64,000 nucleotides of DNA from Lingula anatina (lineage: Eukaryota > Animalia > Brachiopoda). The notes below the pieces were generated by a model. The model worked only from the letters and a program-made list of their open reading frames with translations, was not told the origin of the DNA and ran no database searches. Positions 43,636 to 54,600 of this stretch are shown one piece after another (within the stretch, counting starts at the first letter, position 1; each line of letters begins with the position of its first letter). The translations under genes and the position numbers were made by a program. Where the stretch lies: positions 9,110,587 to 9,174,586 of the forward strand of contig CM120648.1 of the NCBI GenBank assembly GCA_051362555.1. Direction: 5' to 3'.

Positions 43636-46479
43636 ACCAATGTAAAAGCATCTCAGCGACACACGCAAATAGGAATTTTGAAGAATTAGCATAGAATAAG
43701 AGAACTTACATATATAAAATCCATGCAGGCTCAGGGTCTGACTGGAGAGAAATATTGATGTTAAATATCAATTCTCCAACAGAGTATGACATTTTTTTCT
43801 CCATGATTTGTGTTTATATGATAAATATGACACGCTTTGTTAAAAAATATCATCTTTTCTGTAAAAACAGCTGCTCATGCCTCAATTTTCACTGCAGTTT
43901 TAAGCAGGAGACAAATTCATGTTGCAGATATATTATCTTGTACATGAATCAAACCATTATGATTTGTGTGACAAACTGTATACTACGAATCAATTGCATT
44001 TATGAACAAGCAAGAGTAGAGTGATATGGTAGTATTTTTTATGCTTTTGCATTTTGCAAGCCAAATGATCAAAATTGTTTAGTAAAAATAGTAGCCGCAG
44101 TGGATGCTGATGTATGATACAGTATCTGTACTTACTTATTTTAACAGCATTCTGATTAAGCCATTTTTTTTTTTTTTTTGCTACACCTCATTCCGTCCTC
44201 TGTATTATTTTATTTTCATCATCTGTTGAGCTGTAAAACAAAGTGGGCCACACAAGTGATCTCATGTCATTATTTTTTTTACTGCAAGTTTCAAGTTAAT
44301 GGTCATTTAAAGCTTAATTGACACAGAGATAAGCTGCTTAAAATGAGAGGAATATGGTTTGTCTGTATTTGTTGTATTAGTTTGCATTTAGTACATGCTT
44401 TTTTAAAATTGTTTTTGTACCTAAAAATAATGTGATTTGGAGATCATTTTTTTTATGAAAGACGGTAAATGTGCAATATAAACATCTATACCGCACTGTA
44501 CATTTATTTTCTCACTCCAGCATTTTTTATACAAATGGTTGAATGTATTGAGAGATATTTACACCAACTATTCATTTTTCTGACATTTATGAAAGATGAA
44601 ATTTATTGTAAATTAGTTATTTTATGAAAAAAAATCACACATGTTCAGTAATATTTTTAGCCTTTAAACAAATATTCAGTTTTACCGTCCTAAATAAATT
44701 TTGTAATTAAGATTTCACTTTAAAGAAATAATAAATATCTATGTATTCTTTTTTTATTATTTTTATTTATTTTAAAGCTCTTTATACTTTCTTTCTTTTA
44801 CTCTGTCCAAAATAAAAATGGACAACTATGAATATTTCTTTATCTTTAACAACTTATGTGCTACTCTAACAGGAGATTTTAAATTACTTCACCCAGAAAT
44901 GTCTCGTATCGTGTAAAAAATAAACAATTACAAATAAAATGAATTTTAAATAAAAATTGCTTAATATTTTAGTAAACAAAATTAACATATGATAATTTTC
45001 CAAAGTAATTTGCAATAGACAACTTGAGTCATATTTTAAAACTGACAATTTACGGACACAAGACTGCTTTTCTCTTGCTAACAAAAAATAAATTCCCTCC
45101 TATGTTATACACACAGTACGTCTAACATGCTGAATTTTTTTAAAACAGATACATATTTAGACCCTTATCCACATCTCTACACTAAATATATTTTTGTATA
45201 CTTACACCATGAACCAAAAACGTAAAAACATAGATGTACAGAATGTATGATCAAGTCACCTCCCCCACATAAAGGAAATTAAAGAACTGGCTACCATTAA
45301 ACAAGGTAGGTCTTGCCAATCATCAACAACAACTGTATTATGAAATGCCAGCATGGCCAATGACAATGTGAAAACAAATGCAATTATTCCCAAAGAGTTC
45401 AACTTTTGATTATGAAAATTATATATGAGTGACCTTGCACTTTTTGGGACTGGAAGATCTGCAGTCTACATTAGGTTTATTTATTGCCAATTTATCAATG
45501 ATTTAACACAAAAATATTAGTTAACATGTCAAAAACAAGTGGCCCCTCCACCCTTTTAGCTTGGAAAGGAAAAATACTGACATTAAGCACACAATTCTCC
45601 ATTTGCATTTAAGGCTGAATAGTAGCCATACATGTGACCATCTTAAAAATAAAACAAAAATCTAAACAATGTGAAAATACTTATATGTTGATATATCCAA
45701 ATAACTGTATTTAACTAGCATTTCAGAAAATACTAAAAATAGGGCCACTGACAATGATCAATTTTTGCCCTGTAACTACACTTAAATCAAAGTTCGAGCA
45801 GGAAACAGTAGATCCTGTCATGCTCTACCATGTACTACAGTAACGACACGCACAAATGCAATTCATTAACCAACTGTGGTTTAAGTCAGATTAAGAACTT
45901 GCCTTGCCAATTAAATTGGATTCCTTTATTTTGTGCAAAGCTCCATTGGTTGTCTTTATAATCTATTTCATAATATCTAAATGCACTGGTAAAGCCCTAC
46001 TAATTTGGCATACACATCAACCTTTTCCACAAGCTCAGGTGTATTCTTAGCTTATCTAAGGGAGATGCAATCCCAGTGGTTGCAAAATAATAATAACAAT
46101 AATAGTATGTAAATGACAATACGTATCAGACAAAAAAGAGAATTCTCATCCAAATATGTTTCCCCAGAGAGAGAGAGAGAGAGAGAGAGAAAAATCCCCA
46201 CACCAATTTTATGCTGAAAAAATTTATCCACACACTATTTTAATGCTGAAACTGTTTATCTTAACATCCTGTGGTTAAATGACCTCAATTAATCTTTGTA
46301 AACAAAACTGCCAAGTCCATTGGCTTCATGAAGAACAAGATACTTGCAGGCGAGATCTAGCCATCTGATGGATAAGGCAAACTAACGACGCCACAAAAAG
46401 GTGTAGATAAAGGTTTGTTATTACTATTATTACTATTGTTAAGAACTCCTTTCCCTGTTAAGCACATGATAAGGATGAA

Positions 46480-49400
46480 TCAAAACTCATCGTGGAAATT
46501 TCTTCCAGCATTTATCATTTTGCTGCCATAGAAGAGATCGGGGTTGTTTAGCACTTCTCTGAGAGAAAGTTTTCCATCTTTATCTCCATCGGCTATTGCA
46601 ATCAAGTTCTCCGCTTCTTGTCTGGCATTGTTAGGATTTTTAGGATTAACATATTCCTAGAAGAAGAAAACAATGCTTAGTATGAAGAGTTATGAATTTC
46701 CAACTGATGACAAAAGCATCATATACAATTTTTAGGATTTCGCCCACATTCTTGGGTTGTTTGAGTCACATGATGCAGATTCTCAGGTGTAAGAGTCATA
46801 TGACAGTCATATAACAAGATGTTTAAAGGAGCCGAAAGACAGTTATAGAATTTAGAAAATAAAAGTAGAGTATGACTGACATGCTAAAGTTTAAATAACA
46901 TTTGTCTTTTGCTGATCGTTTGGCTTTTCAGATATCAGTTCTAAATTTCTAATGTTCTGGAAAGTTTTCAACTTGATTTAAAGTAGGTATCTCGTTAATC
47001 TACCATGTTCTTTTGTCTTTCTTTTTACTCACAAATAATTCATCTTTGGTCAGATTGCCATCTTTATTAATGTCAATAACTTCGCGGAATGCAGTTTTCC
47101 TCTCGTCCTGCCATCTTTTATCTGACGCCTTCCATTCATCTGTGTTAAATTGTTCGTCCAGTTCCCCACCAGGGAGCGCTGCAAACTCATCTATGCTGAG
47201 TATGCCATCGCTGTTGCTATCTGAAAATAAAATTAAGAAATGCATGGTTTATCTGTAAACTCTAATATAATGAAAATAAATAATGATAATAATAATATTT
47301 TAAATAGTAATCTTCCTTTCTTGAGTCTGAAAGCTAGTAAAAAAAGTTTTAAAAAGTTTCATCATTTTGGTAGATTATTTTTCTTTCATTTGTAACTAAC
47401 TGCAAAACAAAGTATTTTTACCAACATATAATAATACTGTCAACAGACTCAACACCAACACAACTATGAATATACTACAAGAGAAACATTCAGAACACAC
47501 CACCTGGCCCCCTTCCCAAATCTTAAAGGGATAATAACTCTTCATATGAGATCTATATTTCACAATAAAAACATTGTGAATAACTCATAGAAATATAATA
47601 TATTCTGTTTTACCACAAAACCGGCAGTTATAGCTATTACTCTGATATCTGAGCTTGTCTTTAGACGACGTAACCTCCATTGATGGCTATACTCTGTTAA
47701 AATCTCTTAAGAGATTTTAACAAAAAACCAAACTTTTTAGAAAAAAACCAGGGACTAACTTTTAATGTAAAAATGGATTCATTAACCATTGGTAAGTATG
47801 AGAAAATTGTTGTTCACTCCAGGAAAATTCATTTTTTGGCCGAAACGAAGAGTTATTATTGCTTTAAGAACTCACCCAAATTCTCCAAGATATCTCGAAC
47901 CATGTTTTCGGTCATTTTTTTGCTCCCCTCAGGGTGCATAAAATTTTTGAACTCCTCCAGCGTCAGTTTGTTGTCGTTGTCATCATCAGCCTCGGCCCAC
48001 CGAAACTTGTTTGTAATCAGCTGATCACGGTCTTTTTAAAAAATATGAAATAATTTTGACTGAATAACATAAAAAAACAAGCTGATGTATAGGTTGATAA
48101 AAAAAATCAACAAAAAAATATCCACAACTAGTTGTACATTATTAAAAAGATAACATAAAAATATTACACGAGCAGCTCTGAAAGTCCATAAGAAAGTAGG
48201 TAAAAACTTAATCAAAAAGAAAATTCAATGGGCAAGAGCAACATATTAACTCTGTCAGTCTCTTGAAATAACAACTGAGCACCATATTAAATAAGGGTGA
48301 CATTTAGCAAACTGCCACTGTGATAGGTGAAACCATCTTTTGACTAAATTCTCTTCATGATCATCTAGTTTGTGTGCAATGGCTGCTTTTCGAAGATCCC
48401 AAACAACCAATAAATAAATAAATAAATAAAATAATAATAAAAATAATGATAATTTTTTAGCTTTGCCCTGTAATACAGGCATATCTACTACTCTTTCTCA
48501 TCCCACACTTGACTTTTACTCAGATTTAGGATCTTACGTTCGCTCTCCACTCCTTGCATTGCCTTCTCGGGATCTCTGGCCTTGACCTCAGCATCTGCTC
48601 GCTTCCAATTCAAAGCCACCAAGAACTCTGTGAGGAATTCCTCCCAGGCTATCTGTCCTGAAAGAACATGTACTTCAACTTATAGCCTGCTAAATAACTG
48701 ATTAAAAAAAGACTATTGCACATAATGATAATAATTATTATTACTATTATTATCATAATATTCAACAGTCCCAAAAGAACATTTACTTCAACTTCTAGCC
48801 TGCCGAATTATTGATTAATAAACACTATTGCACAAAATAATAATCAAAAATATAATAATAATAATAATTTTCACCATTATATTCAGCAGACCTAAAACAG
48901 CACTTATTCAACTTATTGGCAGCTGAAATACTGATTAAAAAACACTTTCACTCATAAAATGTAAACTTATAATAAATAATTGTTAACATTATTATAACAG
49001 AAGAAAAATGCATGATACTCCCCACAAAAAATATACACATTCTGAGAACAGTTGAAGAATTTAGACTTCCCTATAGATGTATTTGCCCAGTACACTCAAA
49101 AGACACTGTTACTCATTAAACACAATGCAATATTTATGACAGGCAATTCAAATAACCAAACATTCCTCTCATTCAATATTTACTATGAGATGAAAAAGAT
49201 ACTGCACATACTCATTCAATGACAAACTTAAATATATTGTATATGAAAGACAATCAAATATTTACCATCTGAATTCAAAGATAATACATTCATTCAAAGC
49301 CATATAAATGGTGTATCTATTGCTATCAATTGAGAATGGTGCACCTAGAATGTGACATTCATATAACTCACCATCATTGTCAAGGTCTAAAGATTTGAAA

Positions 49401-50300
49401 ATATCAGCATTCTCCTTTGCTGCCTGACCAAAGTGTTCTTCAATCTTCTTGACTATCCAATCTTGAATTTCCTTCTGGTCTATGAACTCATCTGTGTTTG
49501 TATCTACTCTGTGAAAGACAAAAATACAGTAATTTTTTAAAAATTATTTTCTTTTTTTATTTTTTATTTTTAATATAAAAAGCTCAATAATCATATTGTT
49601 AGAAGATTTAACAAAATCATTTGCAGTTATCAAAAGTAAGATAAAAACTTATGTTTATCTTACAAAAAATTAATATAAATGTATACATTTCCTCCTCTCA
49701 ACAGTAATGACACAAAATCATATTTAAAAACAAGTTTATAATTATGAGAACAACTTACATGTGAAATATCCCAGTTAGCCTCTTAGCTTTTTCTTCAGGG
49801 GTATCTTTTTCCATTTCTTCGTGTTCACCGAGCAGAACCTCTTTTTTATAATCACGGTTAAGATGTCCATCTTGCTCCATTTTTACAGCATCAAGATGAT
49901 CTGGGGGTTTAAGTTTCTTTACTGAGAGTTTGACATCAGGGGCTTTCCCATATTCCAACGTCCCACCATCCCCCTTTTTATTTTCATGCCCTTCACCAAC
50001 CTTGACATCAGTGTTCTTTGCCTCTGCATCAATGTCCCTGACCTTGGAATCAACAACCTTGACCTTAGGATCAGCAACCTTGACCTTGAGATCAGAATTT
50101 GGTTGGCTGTACTTTTGAGATGCAACTGGCAGCTGTGGTGGATTGGCTGGACTCTGCTTTTCTACAATCTTTTGCTGCTCACCCCTATTCCTCCTTACAT
50201 TACTGGGGACAATGGGAAGTGTCCATATTGCATTAGGAATGATCACAGTAATACATAACACCAAGGTGAAATGTCTGGACAGATCACAGTTAAACAACAT
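46480..50300 (-). CDS. SDF4: 45 kDa calcium-binding protein Cab45 (CREC family, EF-hands), 6 coding exons, ~439 aa
   Basis: Exons 50300-49759, 49508-49372, 48657-48538, 48031-47876, 47220-47033, 46656-46480. Hydrophobic signal-like N-terminus, Cab45 motif PPDHLDAVKMEQDGHLN, EF-hand loops (DTNTDEFID, DLDNDGQIA, DSNSDGILS, DINKDGNLT, DGDKDGKLS), C-terminal HDEF*. Confidence 0.92.
47527..47863. mobile_element. Kolobok-like MITE, 337 bp, in an SDF4 intron
   Basis: TTAA on both sides, same TIR and internal sequence; shares the variant terminus AGCAATAATAACTC with the 1637 copy. Confidence 0.85.
48652..48955 (-). repeat. ~113-121-bp degenerate tandem repeat starting at an SDF4 3' splice site
   Basis: TTCAACTT..CTGATTAA..CTATTGCAC blocks repeated three times, starting 48655, 48768, 48889. 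Confidence 0.7.
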
Positions 50301-50859
50301 CTTCCTGCTTCTTGACTGTATGACCCTGAAAATAGTAAAAAAAAAAAAAGGGGGGGGGGGGCAATTAACACTGATGCCATGGTAAATAAACCTCAAATTT
50401 AAACAAAATGAATTCATAATTTATCTCTAAACAGCATTTTGTTAGTTTGAAACTGGGTAATTGTAACTTCAGTTATTCTGAAAATCTGTCCATGCAGTCA
50501 TTGACTGGTAGAAGATACTGTTAACGAGTAATTTAAGAAATATCTATCTGTAAAATCTCCAACCTTGAGCTAGATAAAACACAAAACGTACACCCATTAC
50601 CAGACGAAGAGGCATATTTTTCGTCTGTATTACTGGTTTTAAATAAAGCGATGCTGATACGTATGGTGATAATGTTATAATGAGGGTACACAAGCAGCAG
50701 CAGCAGTCGAGAGTAAGTTCCAACTTTGTTTTTCACGTCCAAGTTAGTTCGTAAATAAGTAAACTTACAAAAACAAAGGGATGTTTGTGATACGATAAAC
50801 AGGATGTTATTAAAATATATCACTCATGCATATGGCATACAAATAAGTAACAATACCAT

Positions 50860-51676
50860 AGACTACCTTTTTTAGCGCGTTGTCAGCAAGACTTCGTCAT
50901 CGAGTGTTCTACCTGCATCGTTGATCTTCTTCAGCTAACTGAGTCAAGGCCATTCTACAATATACCACCCAACCACCGCTACCGCTGGAGACCGGGGATA
51001 CGCTATTAGAGGTCACAAGATGGCTGCTACATGTCATCTCAGGCCAGTCAGTTCATCATTTAATTTTTCTTTTTGCTAGTTCAGGATTTTCGAAGCTTAA
51101 ATATTATGTTTCATTAAGTTTGGTATTGATCCACATGGCACCTTACATAAAAATCAGCTTAGTTTAGATTTTTTTTATATAAAATGGCCATCAGTTTTTA
51201 CAGAAAAATTCACCATTCTATTTTGGGTTATATATATATTTATACTATCTCCATTAAATTGTGCTTTAGAAAATTGTTATGTGAGTACCATTTATGTAAT
51301 GATAAATAAAATTTGAGTCCAGATTACTTTAAAAAATGGTGTGTGTATGTAAAAAATAATATATAGTCTGACGGGACATAATGTGGTCTGTCAAGTTATT
51401 TCTGTGGGCTCTAGCTAGTATTATATAGGACTTTCTCTGACGTCATGTCACCGATTAACAGCTGTAGTGATTATTTTCTTTCGCCTTAAAATAGTCCATG
51501 TATCGGCAACCGATACATAAGATAAAGGCGTTTTGAAATTAAATTTGTAATATTAAGTTGACTTTGCCTTGTATTCTCTTAGCGAGCATTACGGAAATGA
51601 TTGTATTTTATTATGTGCGAATGGTTATCAACGCATTGATCACATGCCTGGAACTATTTGCTTACAAAGAACCAAA
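50860..51676. promoter_or_regulatory. Putative bidirectional promoter SDF4/cyclin L
   Basis: Divergent genes; CpG-richer patch at 50875-51030; YY1-like CAAGATGGC ~51016; CRE TGACGTCA 51438-51445. Confidence 0.6.
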
Positions 51677-54600
51677 ATGGCGGAAGTCAAGGAAGAGACG
51701 AGCGTGAATCAGGAATATGGAAGGGTCATTTTAACCCTTGATAATGTTCTTATTCCACCAGAGAAACTGTCTCCAACTCCTTCAATGTCCGATGGACTAG
51801 ACCACGAAGCAGAAACAGACTTGCGAATATTAGGATGCGAGTTAATTCAAACTGCTGGCATCCTTCTCAAACTTCCTCAGGTCAGTCGGGCTTTGTCTGA
51901 AAACTGGTTTAAATTTAAATAATCAGATTGATGTTTATCATTATTTAAAACATTCCAAGTTTTCATAATTATCTTTTTGTTTTTTTTTCAGGTTGCAATG
52001 GCCACGGGGCAGTTATTATTTCAACGTTTTTACTATTCTAAATCATTCATTAAACACAGTATGGAGGTGAGTAGTGTAATTTTTTCTTTTTCGAAAATTG
52101 GCTAAAATTACAAGCCTTGGTTAAAATCTTCAAATGGCACGGTCTTTTTAGTTGAAAGTTCCAATGTAACTGAGTGGTGGTTTTCTGAAATAAAGTAACA
52201 AATTAATTGCATTTTGCAACTACTAATCATTTTGTGAGTATTGCTGATTTTTAAAAAACATTTCACATTCTAACAGACTACAGCTATGGCTTGTATGCAC
52301 CTTGCATCAAAAATTGAAGAAGACCCACGAAGAATAAGAGATGTTGTGAATGTGTTCCACCACATCAAGCAAGTAAGGAATGGAAAGTAAGTATTATTTA
52401 TTTCTCATGCTAACAGTAATTTCAAAATATGACTTTGTTTTTTGTAGAACTTTGCCTTTTTTTAATTTGTATGACACCAAATTGGAATTTTTTTTTTACA
52501 CATAAAGATATTTCTGTGGAGGGGGTTTTACTCTTGCGAGTGAAAATGTGAATTTGAATTGCATTTTCTCAACCAGGAATTGAATTCCTTTTGTAACTAA
52601 TGCATTTTATTAATAATAACAGTTCTCTTTCAGGTTTAATAGAAATTGCAGTTTATTTCCACTTTTCTTTTCTTTTTTAGCCAACATTTCATGTTTTCTT
52701 TTAGTCATTTAATTGTTCTGAGATTATGCCTTATATCAAATACAAGTTGAACACAATTTAATTAGTTTTCTTCTCTTTCTTTCCTTACCATCTCAGTGGT
52801 CTGCAGGGATTCTGGAAACAGCTGAGTAACTCGGCGTTACAAATGGCATCACACTTCTGTGTTGGCCTACTAAGTCACGCAGGTTTGTAGACCTCACCAC
52901 GGGTCCGGGGGCAAGGTACATTGTTTAGTATACAAATCTGTATGCATGCATCAGTATGATTGTCCAGGTTTACTTTTCCATGCCATATTATTATGGATAG
53001 TCCATGTTTTTAAATCAATTATTCCGTACTGTGTGGCTTATGCCATACAGACTATTGGGTTATCTGTATCGTGTAACTCATGTCTTGAAACTTCTTCTGG
53101 TCTCATATAATATGGCTCACTTGATTTATGAAGCAAATGGAAAAGATTTTCCATTTTACTATTTCTTAAAGGCAGAACAAGGCATTTCAGAAATCCAAAA
53201 ATGTTTCTTGGTGAATAAATCCTTGTACTCGGATATCTTGTAAATTGATTTGCTTAGACTTCCTGCAACTAAAATGTACTGAATTCCCAAGTTAAACAGT
53301 TGTAGATTGTGCCATCCATTTTATGTTTTATTTTAATGGAATGAATAATTATTCCATGGCACATTTGAGACTTGTTCCTATTTTACCTTTGTTGCGAATG
53401 ATGTTATAAAGTATTTTTTTTTTTTTATTATTTTATTATTTATTTATTTTTTTTTTGTTGGGGAGGGGCTTTTGTTACACTATTAATTAGTCAATGGAAC
53501 ATTTCAGAGGAGATGTGAATATTTATTTTCTTTGGTAAAGATGCATATATATATATAGTTGACTAATTTTAAGCATAGAAAAACTATTATGACACAATAT
53601 TACAAAAAAACTTTTTATAAAAAGTTTTTGGTTTCTTCATCTTTGGATTTCAGACAGTTTTTGTCTTTTTCTGATTTTTTTTTCACTTTGCTCCTTCATA
53701 CTAGACATTAACTTTTGAGACTTAGGTGTTGATTTGTTACAAAACATATCTTTTGGTGCTAGATATATGTACTTCACTATAGAAGAAGTATAAAGTGTTT
53801 CAAGTTTTTTTTTTTTTTTTTTTTTTACCAAAGTGAAATACCCCATTGTTGCTATTGACCCAGTATGTCTGAATCATTTATGTTATGTTAGTATTTTGAT
53901 ATCTTCTCTAATTTTTTTTGTGGTCCGTAAAAACAACCAGGTGTTTATTAAGTATCCTGCATAAAAACTATCTGTTAATAGTTCAGCTCTTGAACATATA
54001 TTTGTATAATAGAAGTTGCTATGGTATAATGCTAAGTTCATGAGTTATTAAGAAGGGGGATTTTTCGCTTTTGAAACTGTCAGTAATAGTCTGCCAACAC
54101 TTGCATTAAAACATGAATAGATTATTCAGCTGTCACTTTGTTCCCCCCCCCCCCCCCCCTTCCATTTTTACCAACTTGTCATCCTATTTCATTCTTCTAT
54201 ACTCAGTTGATGCTCCAAGCTGGCAGTCTTCTTTGGTAAATTTAAGGGGAAATTATTAGGTCTAAAGAGGGTATCTGTCAATAATATTCTAAATCTAAAT
54301 ATTTTAAATCTAAATGTGCTTTTGCTGATGTTATTAATAAGACGACAATTGATTGTACAACACCTATGCAATCATACTGATGCAAGTTCTTGTTGTGACC
54401 ACCGAGTCCAATGCATGACAATGTACCTGAATCCCAACCCCATGGTGACCCCACTAGAGATGGTAAAATTAGGTTTAGGCAAGGAAAAAAAAATTGCGGA
54501 AAATTGTTATTCAAAGAGGTCTTGTTTATTATTATTATTCCTCTCTTAGTCAGATGACATTTTTCAAAAGAAGAAAAACGATGTTTTTACTTACCAGCAT

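Noticed and set aside
54317-54390. TGATGT...CTGA with TTGC/GCAA flanks as a C/D snoRNA
   Set aside because: Box C is poor and no guide complementarity was recognised.
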